64,000 nt of DNA, taken from Octopus vulgaris (Eukaryota). Position 1 is the first letter of the stretch. Every line of letters begins with the position of its first letter. The stretch spans positions 68,820,001-68,884,000 of the forward strand of contig OX597824.1 of assembly GCA_951406725.2 (NCBI GenBank), read 5' to 3'. The position numbers were made by a program, and so were the translations under genes. This document shows, in pieces, positions 13,583-27,638 of the stretch. A model generated the notes under the pieces. It was not told the origin of the DNA and ran no database searches. It worked only from the letters and a program-made list of their open reading frames with translations.

Positions 13583-14355
13583 CAACAACAATAACAACAA
13601 CAAAAACAACAACAACAACAACAACGACTACGGTAACAGCGTTTAAACTACAATACAATTACAACAGCCTTATTCATACGCCATTTTCATTCTCGTTTCG
13701 TTTCGTTTCCTTCTTTCTTTCTTTCTACCTTTTCTCTCTTTTTTTTTGTTTCTTTTTGTTTTCTTTTTGTTTTCTTTCATTTCTTTCTTCCCTCTTATCG
13801 TTTTCAACAATTACAATTTCCGAAATAATTCTCTACCAATCGATCACCACATTGTTTTTTCCTTTCCTCTTGCTTTCCCTCACCCCACTCCACTTTGAAC
13901 TACCACCACCACACCACCACACCACCACCACCACCACCACCACCAACAACAACAACAACTGCAGCAACCACCTTCAACCCCCCCAACCACTACACCATCT
14001 CCTCCATCTCCTCCTATTCATTTCCCCTCTATCATTCATTCTGGTTTTCAATCACTCATAATATATTTTCGTCAGTCTGTCTGCATCACCTCCATCACCA
14101 CCGCCGCCGCCGCCGCAACCTCCACCTTCACCATCACCACCACCACCACCACAGCTACCACAACAGCTGACATATATTTATAAAGTGGAGAATAAGAACA
14201 ACAACAGCAACAACAACAACAACAACAACAAAAACAATAACAACAACATTTGAATTGTTAAAATTGGAAAATAGAAACGAAAGCAACCGTTGTTTCTTTT
14301 TTGGTGTGAGTTGCGTGTGATGTATGTGTTTATGCATGTATGTGTCCTTTTAATT

Positions 14356-14398
<43 letters not shown>

Positions 14399-14594
14399 CC
14401 ATCATCATCATCATTATTATTATTATCATTATTATTATCATTATTATTTAATCCATTTTCGTTTGCTGCTTCGGGTAAATATTTTTTGGAACGGGTGGGG
14501 GAGATATTCTTCCCTATACTCCTTACTGCATTACAAAATTTTACATAATTTTTGTTGTTACTATTGAAGCAAAAGAATTATTACTATTATTATG

Positions 14595-14663
<69 letters not shown>

Positions 14664-14789
14664 TCGTTGCGCAAATCAATAAGCGGAAGTAGTATTATTT
14701 TTGTTATTAAAAAAAAAAGCGAAGACATTTTTTTTTTGCAGTTTTGGAGAAATGTTATTTTGCCATTCTGACCATACGAGCTGTTTTCC

Positions 14790-14873
<84 letters not shown>

Positions 14874-15695
14874 CTGTGTGAATGCCTGTGCGCTTGTCAC
14901 TTCCGGCTTTAAGTTTGCATCTCTTCTGATATACCTGTTGCTTTTCATTCTCCATTACTGCAAACACTATCACCGCTAGAAATACCACAACCAACAGTAC
15001 CAGCAGCAGCACCATCACCAAATAACAACAACCACGGACACCACAATAACCCGTACCACAATCATACCTAAAAATATCAGAACCAAAAGCAATACTTCTC
15101 ACTCCACCACCACCACCACCACCACCACTACCAAACCACCAAACTAACACCACCACCATCACCACCACTACGATCACAACCACCATCATCATCAATCCTA
15201 CGACCATCTCCTATACCATCACCAGCAGTAAACCACTAGTATCACCATCACCAACCACATATACTATAAGCACCACCTGTACCACCATCATCACCCCCAC
15301 CACTATCACCACCACTACCACCATCAAAGCCGCAATCTATACCACTGCCAGCACCACCATCACCACTACCACAGCCAACTCCTATACCATCACCACCACC
15401 ACCACCACCACCACCACCACCACCACCACCACCACCATCACTACCACCACCATCACCTCCGACACTATCAACACTACAATCTATACAATTCCCACTACTA
15501 CTTCCACAACCAACACCACCAATACCACCACCAACAACAACAACAACATCTCTATCACGCCACCGTTAACTATGAGCACCTGAACCACAGGCATTACCTC
15601 TACAAACCGCAGTGAGCGGCACCACAGCTACCATAACCGCCACCATCACCACCACCACTACCACTACAGCAACTACTACCACCACCACTACTACA

Positions 15696-15759
<64 letters not shown>

Positions 15760-15788
15760 TTATTATTATTATTATTATTATTATAATA

Positions 15789-15876
<88 letters not shown>

Positions 15877-16241
15877 TTCTAGCAACAACTGCGAAAACAA
15901 CATGCCGGTGCAATAAAAGAACCGAATTGTCTTGACTGCTGCGAACAGCAAATAGCAAATAATGGTGAGCTGGTACCTTGGTTTCAGAAGAGTATAGGGA
16001 ATGGTGATGATGAGAACCAAAGTTTGGTGAAGTGGATGAGAGAATGAGAGAGGGAGTGGGCTGTAACGGAAGAGGAATAATAGGAGAGGAAAAGGTAATG
16101 TAACCAAATATAGAACGGACGAAGTAAAGGAGGAAAGAAGGATAGCAAAACAAAAGAAAAATTTGAATGGATCGGAAGGAAGCAAAGAAAGAGAGAAAGA
16201 AAGGATTTTAGTTAGATAGATAGTTAGACAGACAGACAGAC

Positions 16242-16330
<89 letters not shown>
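13066..16330. repeat. compound microsatellite field: (CTA)n, (CAA)n, (CCA)n, (CAT)n, (TTA)n, (TG)n, (GACA)n, (GATA)n
   Basis: Direct inspection; short unique spacers between tracts. Confidence 0.95.
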
Positions 16331-16331
<1 letters not shown>

Positions 16332-16700
16332 GTTTCTTTATTGGCCACACAGGGCTGCACACAGATGGGACAAGTTACAAGGTAGAGCTTTTGGGCTGGG
16401 GGGATGAAAAAACAAAAGACAAAAAACAAAAGAAACAAAAAAAGGTGGCGTAGGTTTTCGATCAAAAGGGATCGTAAAAGGGAAAAAGAACAAAAAAATA
16501 AAGAAAAAAAAGAAAAAAAAAGAAAAAAACGAAAAGGAACAAAAGAAAAGAAAAATGAAAAAAAGAAGAAAAAAAGGGGAAAAAAAGGGGAAGAGGAAAA
16601 AAAACAAAAAAAACGATAGATAGATAGATAAGAATGGATGGATGGATGAATGGACTGACAGACAGGAAGATAGACAGATAAGCAGACTAGTACTTATATA

Positions 16701-17817
<1,117 letters not shown>

Positions 17818-17849
17818 CATATCTATATTTATATATGTATGTATGCATA

Positions 17850-17887
<38 letters not shown>

Positions 17888-18106
17888 CATACATATATAT
17901 CCAGTAAGCACATGAATGTGAAACAAGGTGGAAAAAATTAGTACTCGAATACCGGAGTTAGAATGATATGCTTTATTGCTAAATCTGCAAAAACATCATG
18001 AAAATATCACAAAAAGCTGCTACTCAGAACCTCATGTTCCCGTTCGTCGGGAAGTTGTGCTCCAGAATGGAATGATGTTTTTGCAGCTTTAATAATGAAG
18101 TCTATA

Positions 18107-19605
18107 CAGGGTGCGATGAATAAATTATAGTCCAAATTACGCAAAAAGGAAAATAACACTGACATCTCATTTTAACAGATTTATTTACCAAAATTACGGA
18201 ATAGTATCTTGAAATACTAAAGAGTAAATTTATTCAATAAAATCCCCATTGGCTTCAACCACATCTTCCAGACCACTTCGGAATCTCCTGCAACTCATCT
18301 GGACGGTCTCCCTGTATAAGTTGGTGAATGCTGTCATAATCCTTGCCGAGTTTTGTTGGTCTCTCGCTTAACTGCGACCAACACATAATTATCAAAGGGA
18401 TTGTAGTCTGAGGAGTTAAGTGGCTAAATGTTAGGGGTGATGTATTCACAGAAATTGTCTGACAGCCATGACTGGGTTATCCTGCTTTTGTTGCATGGTG
18501 CAGAGTTCTGTTGCCAGACATAGTGTTTTCCAGCGGCCACTCTTTACACGCAGGGCAGCACTACCTCCTCCAGATACTTGATGTAAGTCTACGTGTTGAA
18601 TCTGAGGCTGTGTGTTGAATGGAGGCATAACGTCGCCATCACTAATGAACACTCCAAATACCATGTTGCTGACTGGATATTTGATTTTTATCTATTTCTT
18701 TATTGCCCACAAGGGGCTAGACATAGAGGGGACAAACAAGGACAGACAAAGAGATTAGGTCAATTACATCGACCCCAGTGCGTAACTGGTACTTTATTTA
18801 TCGACCCCGAAAGGATGAAAGGCAAAGTCGACCTCGGCGGAATTTGAACTCACAACGTAACGACAGACGAAATACGGCTACGCATTTCGCCCGGCGTGCT
18901 AACTTTTCTGCCAGCTCGCCGCCTTTGATTTTTATCACTCACGGGACGCGGCAAGCCCAATGTTGTGCGTGTTCACCATCTGATTTTGGTAGAAATTTTT
19001 CTTGTCTGAGAAAAATCAAAGCATGTTCGTTTGGAGGCGACGCTTGAGTTTTTTCAAAAGCTTCGTAGCGCGATCTTTCCTCTTGTCCTTGATGGCTTGA
19101 GATAAAGATTGGTCCTTTCCTATTTTCTATGAGAAATACCGAATGTCTTCATTGCAGTACCTACCAGATATGAAACTCAGACGCTCCCATGTCCCTGCCG
19201 ATGGACCTGATTGACTAGGACGGATCGTTGTTAATCATGGCAGGATCTCACCAACAAATTCAGTTCTTTTCTTATCAGAACGATCATAGTGAGTTTTTCC
19301 AGTTGCCGTACATTTGTAATCACCATTAGACCCATCCAGTTGTTTCTGAATTTCTGCGTTGTCCTCAGATTGATGAGCAAACACTCAGAAGTATTCTTAC
19401 TGAAGCTTCGGACGCGAATGCCAAGCAGTACAGCATGTCGTTACCAAATTTCTAGGAGAGTGAATTACGTCATGGTGCTGTTTTTCTCATAGACGGTGCC
19501 CTACTGACCCTACTATACTGTGTAGTCGACAAAAAAAAACAAAAAAAACAATGCGCATGCGCGAAATAAAAATATACAAAGGCGATGATGTAGCTGCGAC
19601 ACCCA
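18107..19605 (-). mobile_element. decayed maT / DD37D Tc1-mariner transposon
   Basis: Minus translation YVWQQ(N)SAPC...W(*)PLNSSDYNPFD has 37 residues between the catalytic positions. Terminus TA-CAGGGTG at 18105-18113, ATG at 19473, many stops. Confidence 0.85.
18693..18923 (-). mobile_element. SINE family B monomer nested in the maT element
   Basis: Full head to tail; 13-bp TSD TTTGATTTTTATC at 18680-92 and 18924-36. Confidence 0.92.
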
Positions 19606-19762
19606 GTTTTTCTCTCCTTTTTTTCCGCGTCCCTTTCTGTAGAAGAGCGTAGGCTCGAAACGTAAAAGACTTTCTCAATTCCTGAGCGTTATACTAATAC
19701 ATCTGTTTGTTTTGTACACCACATGTCTTCGTCTTTTGTTTTTTTTTCGTGAACTCTCCCCT
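19605..19762 (+). mobile_element. Penelope-pLTR-like fragment with hammerhead variant
   Basis: CTGTAGA-A-GAGC-gtag-GCTC-GAAAC-GTA-AAAGAC. 3' part nearly identical to 23780-23905; ends at (TA)n. Confidence 0.6.
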
Positions 19763-20058
19763 ATATATATATAAATTAGAAAAAAACACTTTTCCTCAAT
19801 TCAACAATGAAAAAATTAAATCATACCATATAGAAACAAATTACATCCTATAGAAAAAATTAAATATAAGATAAAAACATATACCACTGATTAAATAATG
19901 TACAAAATAATAAATAAAACGTGTATGTTTGGTAAAATATTTTTTTTCTAATTTATATATTTATGTTACATTTTGTGAAATTTGATTTAGTATTTCTAAA
20001 TTGAATTTTTCCCTGTAAGTTTGGAATAATATTCCCTAATATTATGTATATGTATATA

Positions 20059-21078
20059 TCTATATATATAAAACTGAGAATGTGTGCCTGTCTGTCTGTC
20101 TGTCTGTGTGTTTCCCTAAAACTTGAGAACTACACAACCAATTTCATTCAAATTTTACACATGCCTTACTTAGGGTCCATGTAGTTTCATGGGCAAAAAA
20201 AATGTTCAACTTCTTGCCTAGAGCGAGCCCATAGCAATATCATATCTTCCCCACTATTTCAGTATTACGTTTTAAAAGTGAAACAAAAACATTTCTCTAT
20301 TTTATGTAAGATACTTTCACTTTAACAATAAAAATAATAAAAACAATTGAATTATATGTAGTAAGTAATAATTAAAATCAAACTAAAGTATGATATAATC
20401 GTAACATAACAAAAGTAAAAATAGCAATTGGTATAAAATTGCATCAATGACTTGAACTTGAATAAGTGGTTTCACATGAATGGGAATAAATTAAAAATAA
20501 AATTAGCTTGCAGAAATGGAATAGTCCAGATGGATAATAAAAAATTAAATTAAAGAAAAGACTATTGTCTATAAAGTATACAATGTAGAGAAAAAAGAAG
20601 ATTTGAACACCTGGAGGAAAGCACCATCGAAAAGTGTCTTGGTGCGACTATTAAAGATATCTAACTAGAGGTGGTAAATTCGCCGCAATAGAAGCAAGGG
20701 AGTACTCGACTCGAACTTGCAAAGAGGAAATATTTTATTTTTACCTTTATATCTGGGACGTAGGACGTGCCGGATAAAAATTTAAAATGCCCCCCCCCCC
20801 CCAGATTGAGGTAGGGTGGATTGTAGTCACACTTCTATACAAGAGGGAGGACAAGATACAATTGATCGAAATTGGAAGAGACGGGCTTACAATTTCAGTC
20901 TGTTATATATTTTGAGTATTGTTATCACTAGCTATATCAAGATATAACTTTGTATTTTGTATTTTATGTGTAGATGTATATATATATATAGATGTACATG
21001 TAATATGTACACATATATATATACACATATATACATGCACTAGCACTATGACCCGGCAACGACGGGTCATAATGCTAG
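20059..21078 (+). mobile_element. non-autonomous Helitron
   Basis: A|TC start followed by a (CTGT)n tract. 3' hairpin TATGACCCG/CGGGTCATA, then CTAG|T. No TSD. Confidence 0.75.
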
Positions 21079-21099
21079 TATATATATATATATATATAG

Positions 21100-21382
21100 G
21101 TAGCGAGAACGCATTCCCTGGTGGTGAGGGTGGTGTATTTAAGATTGTGCAATTGTGGTTTTAATTCCTAGACCGTGTGGTACGTTGTGTTCTTGAGCAA
21201 CTCGCGTTGCTCTGCGATCACTTCGACAAGTGACTCGTGGCACAGCGTGCACCTGTTTCGGTAGAGTCGATTTGACGGAGGGCGTGAACTAATGTGCAGC
21301 TCATACATTTAATCACTATAAACACTATGTGCAGGTTTTCCGGCAAAAGTTGAACGCTCATACGTCGTCTTCGAAGGCAGAC
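21100..21382 (+). mobile_element. decayed tRNA-derived SINE, family E
   Basis: Homologous to the reverse complement of 54720-55000; TTCTTGAGCAA central motif. Confidence 0.6.
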
Positions 21383-21495
21383 TACATCACATATGTATAT
21401 ATTTATATATGTATATATTTATCTCTCAACAGATGGAATACAGTTTTTGTTGATCTTTCTATCACATTGTGTGTGTATGTGTGTATGTGTGAGTG

Positions 21496-21568
<73 letters not shown>

Positions 21569-21934
21569 CTATAGATAAATAGACTGAAAGGAAGATAAAA
21601 AGTCATAGAAAGGAAAAGGAAATGAGGAAACAGGAAAAAATATTAAAGAAGATGAAAGTTATAAGACAAACATAAAACGAAGTAAAAATGATTTAAAACT
21701 GAAAATAATAGAGAATGTATTTGTCGGATCTCCGTCGGGAGAGGTGATGAGCATTCAGTTGTTCATTCAACGTTATTCCACATACTTGTGAAATTTAGGT
21801 GTAAATGGCCGTGTATTCCACAGTTATATATAGCCTTAATATCATTCTCAAGCAGAATAAGCGTGATACATAGTGTCACATGACTGGACATTTGTATTCT
21901 AAGAATCGAGCGAAAGAGGGAAGAAGAAGAGGAA

Positions 21935-21936
<2 letters not shown>

Positions 21937-21973
<37 letters not shown>

Positions 21974-22017
21974 CAACAACAATAACAACAACAACAATAA
22001 TAATAATAATGATGATG

Positions 22018-22051
<34 letters not shown>

Positions 22052-22085
22052 TAATAATGATAATAATAACAATAACAATAATAAT

Positions 22086-22133
<48 letters not shown>

Positions 22134-22246
22134 GAGGAGGAGAAGAAGAAGAAGAAGAAGAAGAAGAAGAAGAAGAAGAAGAAGAAGAAGAAGAAGAAGA
22201 AGAAGAAGAAGAAGAAGAAGAAGAAGAAGAAGAAGAAGAAGAAGAA
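21937..22246. repeat. (TAA)n followed by (GAA)n microsatellite
   Basis: Direct inspection. Confidence 0.95.
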
Positions 22247-22371
22247 ATTGAAGTAGAAGAAGCAGAAAAAGAAACAGGAACAGAAGAATCCAGTACTGGG
22301 ATGATCAGTGTTAAATTTGAACTCACAACGTAGAGTAGTGTCGGAACAAAAGCTGATCACGCACGCACACA

Positions 22372-22426
<55 letters not shown>

Positions 22427-22437
22427 ACAAACACACA

Positions 22438-23500
22438 CAATGATAAGTCAAAGATTATACGCACTTTTGTTCAAGAAGAGCCTGAACAACTACATCATTT
22501 TCCCATATAGTCTTCTTACTTTTCGATGCGCTTCTTCCAGTGATCCACAAGCTTCTTCTTCCATCGGAAGTTTTCGGCTGCTTTTGCAGTCACTTATGCA
22601 CCTCTCTTGCGATTCTTCGTCCGTAGCAAATCGACGATCTTTTAAAGGATGTTTGAGATTCCCAATCAAAGAGGTGATTGAAAGCGCAAGATCCGGACTA
22701 TATGTGGAATACGCCAACAACTCGAAACGCAATTTGACAATGGTTTCATCGGTTTGGCTGTGAACTGTTGTACGACATTAATTCTTGGTTTGAGTAAAGA
22801 CCTCGACATTTGGTGTGAATTGCTGGTTTCAATTTGTTGGCCAATATTTCGCTGTAGCCTACACATTATCTTCTCTAGTTAAGGTTTCTGCATAGGCTCT
22901 TTTGCGTCTCTTTGTGGAACGTCGAGTCTTGAGTTTCTTTTTCACTGGCGATTCCATACACAGCATTTTGGAGTTGAGCTCAAAGGGAGGAACCAGATTT
23001 CATTGCCTGCGACAGTTGTTTCCCAAAAATGCTTCGCTTTCATCTCTGTAGCGGTCGAGTAAGCGTTGACAAATCTCCGCACAATCGTGCTTATGCGCAC
23101 AGACTTTACAGGACCGAAACTTGTCGTCAATGATTTCGTATGCAGAACCATAGTTAATTTGCAGAGATGTTACCTCATCGATGGTCACTCGCCGGTTCAC
23201 CAGAACCATCACTCGAGCTTCTTGAATATTTACGTCAGTGGTGGAGTTTAATGAGCGTCTTGCTCGCTCTTGGTGTTTTACATTTGTCCGGCATTTTAAA
23301 ACTTCCCGATCCAGTCATACGTTCTTCTACGGTGTAGAGTGATGTAACCGTAGTGTATAGAAGGCCTGCGATGAATTTCAGTGCCTGACAATCAGACAAG
23401 AGAAACCGGGTCACTGATTTCTGTTCTTCTTTGGTGCAGAATGCTAGCACGGCGGCTATGTTTACTCTGTAACACAAGTAAGAAAACTTGAGTGATCGAG
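22438..23500 (-). mobile_element. heavily decayed mariner transposon
   Basis: Minus-strand fragments CTKEEQKSVTRFL, VNRRVTIDEV, GSAYEII and FELLAYSTYSPDLA in mariner order, with frameshifts. Confidence 0.85.
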
Positions 23501-23699
23501 GCCAAACCACGGTTTCGTAACGTAAAGAATACCACCTTTGAGTGTGAGGGCGCTGAAGAGAGTTTTGGTGAAAGAGTGATTAATCTTTTACTACCCTTTA
23601 CTGGTTTCAGTCATTTGACTATGACGGTGCTGGGACACTGTATGTGTGTGTGTGTGTGTGAGGGGGTATTTGTGTGTGGGGGTATGCAACCGTTAATCC

Positions 23700-23903
23700 A
23701 GATACGTGCTTTCTCTCTCTTCCCCCCCACACTCCATCTGTTTCCTCTCCTCATTCCGTTGTGTAGAAGAGCTTAAGTTTGAAACGTCAAAGACTTCTAT
23801 TTTCCCTATATATATATTTTCTATTCCTGAGCGTTATACTAATACATCTGTTTGTTTTGTACACCACCTGTCTTCGTCTTTTGTTGTTTTTTCGTAAACT
23901 CTT

Positions 23904-23905
<2 letters not shown>
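23700..23905 (+). mobile_element. Penelope-pLTR-like fragment (same family as 19605)
   Basis: GTAGAAGAGC..GAAACGTCAAAGAC and shared CCTGAGCGTTATACTAATACATCTGTTTGTTTTGTACACCAC. Confidence 0.6.
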
Positions 23906-23987
<82 letters not shown>

Positions 23988-24179
23988 CATATAAAGTAAA
24001 TAAATGGCACAACGAAGCACCGATATTTACTGGAAAATAGCGAACGTAATAAATACGACGCTAATGTATATCTTCACTGCGTATGTACTAGTAAAGATGC
24101 GTGTGTGCAACAAACATGAAAAAAAATTGTCTTACCACTAGGAAGAACATCTGAAAAATGAAAAACCTAGAAACGGATA

Positions 24180-24251
24180 ATGCAGTACCGGTTTCAGATT
24201 CTTCAAAATACGTTTGCCAACGTATATTTGATTTATCTTCATCAGCTGCAT
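24180..24251 (-). ncRNA. minimal type I hammerhead ribozyme, intact catalytic core
   Basis: Minus strand: ATGCAG-CTGATGA-AGAT..TCAAA.ATACG(loop)CGTAT.TTTGA..ATCT-GAAAC-CG-GTA-CTGCAT. Perfect 6-bp stem I, long stem II, palindromic stem III ACCGGT, GUA cleavage triplet. Confidence 0.85.
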
Positions 24252-24347
24252 ATACCTCGACAATATTTCAAATGTTGCCACATCTATGCCAGTACACTCG
24301 TCTGAACGCCAAAACGTTAACAGAACGAGAACAGTGAAGAAGTTTCA

Positions 24348-24387
24348 ATGAAAATAGTAATGCAATACTCTCGTATTGCATTACTAT

Positions 24388-24393
<6 letters not shown>
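24348..24393. repeat. perfect 21-bp-arm hairpin with TCTC loop
   Basis: ATGAAAATAGTAATGCAATAC-tctc-GTATTGCATTACTATTTTCAT. Confidence 0.95.
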
Positions 24394-24434
<41 letters not shown>

Positions 24435-24506
24435 TGTATGTATGTATATATATATATATACATACATACATACATACATACATACATACATACATACATA
24501 CATACA

Positions 24507-24539
<33 letters not shown>

Positions 24540-24659
24540 TATATATATATATACATATATGTATCTATGTATGTATGTAGGTTTGAAAAGGGCGAAAAGA
24601 AAAGAAAGATAAATCTAACACTTTTCTCCGCACGTTGATAGAGCGTTACTATATCGCAT

Positions 24660-25250
24660 GGAACCTTTTGTATCAGAAGAAAACATTTACCACCAAAAAG
24701 AACCTATCGTCGTCGAAAGGAACTCTTTTTTTCTACTGGGAATATTTTTTCTATCAAAAATCTTTTTTCTATAAAGGGAACTTTTACCTTATCAAACGAG
24801 AATTGTTCCCCACCATAAGGACCTGTCTTCCATCAAAAGAATTTTTTCCACGAAAAGGAGACTTTTCCCATTACAAAGAACACTTTTTCTACAATGGTAA
24901 CATTTTCCCACAGAAAAAAAGGAACCCGTTTTTATCAACAATTTTTCTACAAGAGGCAACTTTTCTCATCAGGAGTAACCTTTTTCTACAAAGGGATTCT
25001 TTTTCCCAACAAGCAGGCACTTTTCCCACAAAAGGAAACCGTTTTCAAAAAAGAAAACGTTTTTCCAGCAAGAAGAACGTAATTTATTTAATATATAAAG
25101 TAATTTATTTAATATATAAAGTAATTTATTTAATATATAAAGTAATTTATTTAATATATAAAAGTAATTTATTTCCACAAAAAAGACCCTTTGCCATCAA
25201 AGAGAATCTTTTACTATGGAAGGGAACTTCTCCGCTACTGGCGAGGCAAC
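24660..25250. repeat. degenerate minisatellite of about 20-bp period containing a young 21-bp array
   Basis: Recurring AAAGGAACTTTTT.C.A.C-like units; GTAATTTATTTAATATATAAA about 4.5 times at 25079-25173. Confidence 0.75.
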
Positions 25251-25304
25251 TTGTCAACATTTTCCATTATTGTTTCTTTCCTTGTGTCTTTGTTTCTGTT
25301 GTTG

Positions 25305-25470
25305 CTTAACCCCAGGCCAACCCTGTTTAAGGAGACTTCTTCGTATAGCCACGACTAAACTGCCCAATGTGTCGTTCTCTTATTATTAGACGGTATATGT
25401 ACATAATTTAAGGAACATTTGGCTGTTATTTTTAGCAAGTCGACAAATTGTCTAGATGCTCACTCATAGG
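25305..25470 (+). mobile_element. ancient interspersed repeat, family G
   Basis: ATTTGGCTGTTATTTTTAGCAAGTCGA motif. Related copies near 37670-37900 (-), 44170-44350 (-), 49735-49760 and 53895-53930. Confidence 0.55.
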
Positions 25471-26116
25471 CTGGTTCTGGCTCTGTAGTTTTCCTCCAAT
25501 GAAAAACATAAAAATAACAAAACACGACAAAAAAAAAACCCAATGTTTCTTGGTTAAACAAACAAACAAACAAAAAAACTGTGTCAGACTCTTACATAAA
25601 AGAGCCTAATCAAGCGGTTTAGCGACTTCTCAATCGGTTATAAACATTTGAAAACATTCAAACAGAAGCAGTAAATGAAAAGCGGATATTGTTGCAGTAG
25701 GTGAACAATTTAAACAACACCGGTTGAAACAATACGGTCTTAAGTGTGCGTTGTAAAAATACTTTTCTTGTTGTTACTGATTTTTGTTATTATTGTTCTT
25801 TTTATTGTTGTTGTTAGTATTGTTTGTTTTTTGTTCATATTAATTTATATGTATATTATTTTTGAGAACCGAAAGTAGTTTCAAACTCTTGACAAGTTAT
25901 AGAAACCTGATGGACAAAAGATCTTTTAATGAATACACACGATAGTCAGTGGTACGGAAATGAGGATGGAAAATGGTGGATGAAGAGAAACGGGAGAATG
26001 GGGAGAGGAAGGAGAGAAAAAGAAGAGGGGGGAAGGATGAGGAAGAAAGATCATTGACGAGTGCTTGATATATGTTTTTAACTTTTTCATCATCATCATC
26101 ATCATCATTATTGTTG

Positions 26117-26161
<45 letters not shown>

Positions 26162-26620
26162 GGGCGGTGAGCTGTCAGAATTGTTAGCATACCGGGCAAA
26201 ATGCTCAGCGGCATTGCTTCCGTATTTACGTTCTGAGTTCAAATTCCACCGAGGTCGACTTTACCTTTCATCCTTTCGGGGTCGAGAAATTAAGTACCTG
26301 TGCGTATTGGGATCGATCTAATCAACTGGCACCCTCCCCGCCAAATTTCAAGCCTTGTCCCTATAGTAGACAGGAATATTATTATTGTTGATATTGTTAT
26401 GAAGGCGGTGAGCAGGCAGAATCGTTACTGCGCTGGACGAAGTGCTTAACGGCATTCCTTCGGCTCTTTAAGCCCTCAGCTCAAATCCTGTCACGGTCGA
26501 CCGTTTCTTTTATCCTTCCGGGGGCAATAAAATAAATACCAGTGATGTGCTGGAGTGGATGTATTCTTCTTAAACTCACTACCCTAACCAATTTTCTGTT
26601 CCTGTGTTAAAACTAGAAAC
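26162..26620 (+). mobile_element. two consecutive SINE family B copies
   Basis: Heads GGCGGTGAGC at 26163 and 26404, each followed by the core motif. Confidence 0.85.
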
Positions 26621-26672
26621 ATTATTAATATAAATGTCTATAGTAGAATTATTATCATTGATGTCATTACTA

Positions 26673-26796
26673 TTGGGTTGTTCGGAAAGTTCATGCCGAT
26701 TTATAGTAGCTTACCTTTCGACTTATTTTAAAACATGGTTGAGTCCATAAAATAGGATTTTACTACACCTCCATTTAGAGCACAGTTTAAGCTATC
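26673..26796 (+). mobile_element. mariner left-end fragment
   Basis: TA-TTGGGTTGTTCGGAAAGTTCATGCCGAT TIR; reverse-complement match to 61645-61767. Confidence 0.8.
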
Positions 26797-27227
26797 GTGC
26801 ATGCCATCAAAGTGACACTGGGGTAAAATATACGAAGCCTAGTATACATATCATGACTACCCGTCTGATAATCGTAAACAAGGCACATGAATCACAACCA
26901 TATGTGCGTGACATGTTGATCTCATATCAAGAAAAACAGCGCATGTCCCTTGCAGGTGGGGCCCAGTTAGAATTTTCTGAAGGTCGAGTAGACCATCCCG
27001 CTCAAAAGGTCCCTGAATAAGGGTTGTTTAAGGATGTTGAACGAACTACCCAGATTTCCAAATGTGAATTATCCAAACCTCTAAGAATTCCTTTCAACAC
27101 ACGGCTATGATGCTCCCCCACTACTTCTGCTGGGGATCAGAGATGCACATACTGTCAGCCACTAAGGGACATGGTCAACTGGTTAAGGCTAAACAAATGA
27201 CAAGCAAATCTGTGGTATTGAGCAGAA

Positions 27228-27229
<2 letters not shown>
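26797..27229 (-). mobile_element. family F element
   Basis: Reverse complement of 7540-7960; abuts (TTA)n. Confidence 0.8.
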
Positions 27230-27278
<49 letters not shown>

Positions 27279-27285
27279 TTATTAC

Positions 27286-27391
<106 letters not shown>

Positions 27392-27417
27392 TGTTGTAGT
27401 AGTGGTAGTAGTAGTTA

Positions 27418-27630
27418 GGTGGCTAGCTGGTAGAAATATTAGCACACGGAACACAACGCTTAGCGGCAACTCGTCCGTCTTTCCGTTTTGAGTTCAGATT
27501 TTGCCGAGGAAAACTTTGCCTTTCATTCATTCGGAGTCAATAAAATTCCAGTCAAATATTCGGATCGATGTAAAACTACTACTCTCTCTCCACAAATTTC
27601 AGGCTTTGAGGCTATTGTAGAAAGGATGAT
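27418..27630 (+). mobile_element. SINE family B, diverged
   Basis: Head GGTGGCTAGCTGGTAGAA; core GAGTTCAGATTTTGCCGAGG..CTTTGCCTTTCAT. Confidence 0.75.
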
Positions 27631-27638
27631 TATTATTA

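Noticed and set aside
13228-14061. 277-aa ORF and the many other poly-I/Y/T/N/C-V ORFs
   Set aside because: Translations of microsatellites that lack stops; no domain content or splice evidence.
18020-18060. Minus-strand CCGACGA-ACG-GGAA-CAT-GAGGT hammerhead-like remnant within an inverted repeat
   Set aside because: Both core boxes are altered; too degenerate to call.
24635-25309. 224-aa ORF as a real gene
   Set aside because: Derives from a degenerate minisatellite, F/K-rich, with no recognisable domain.
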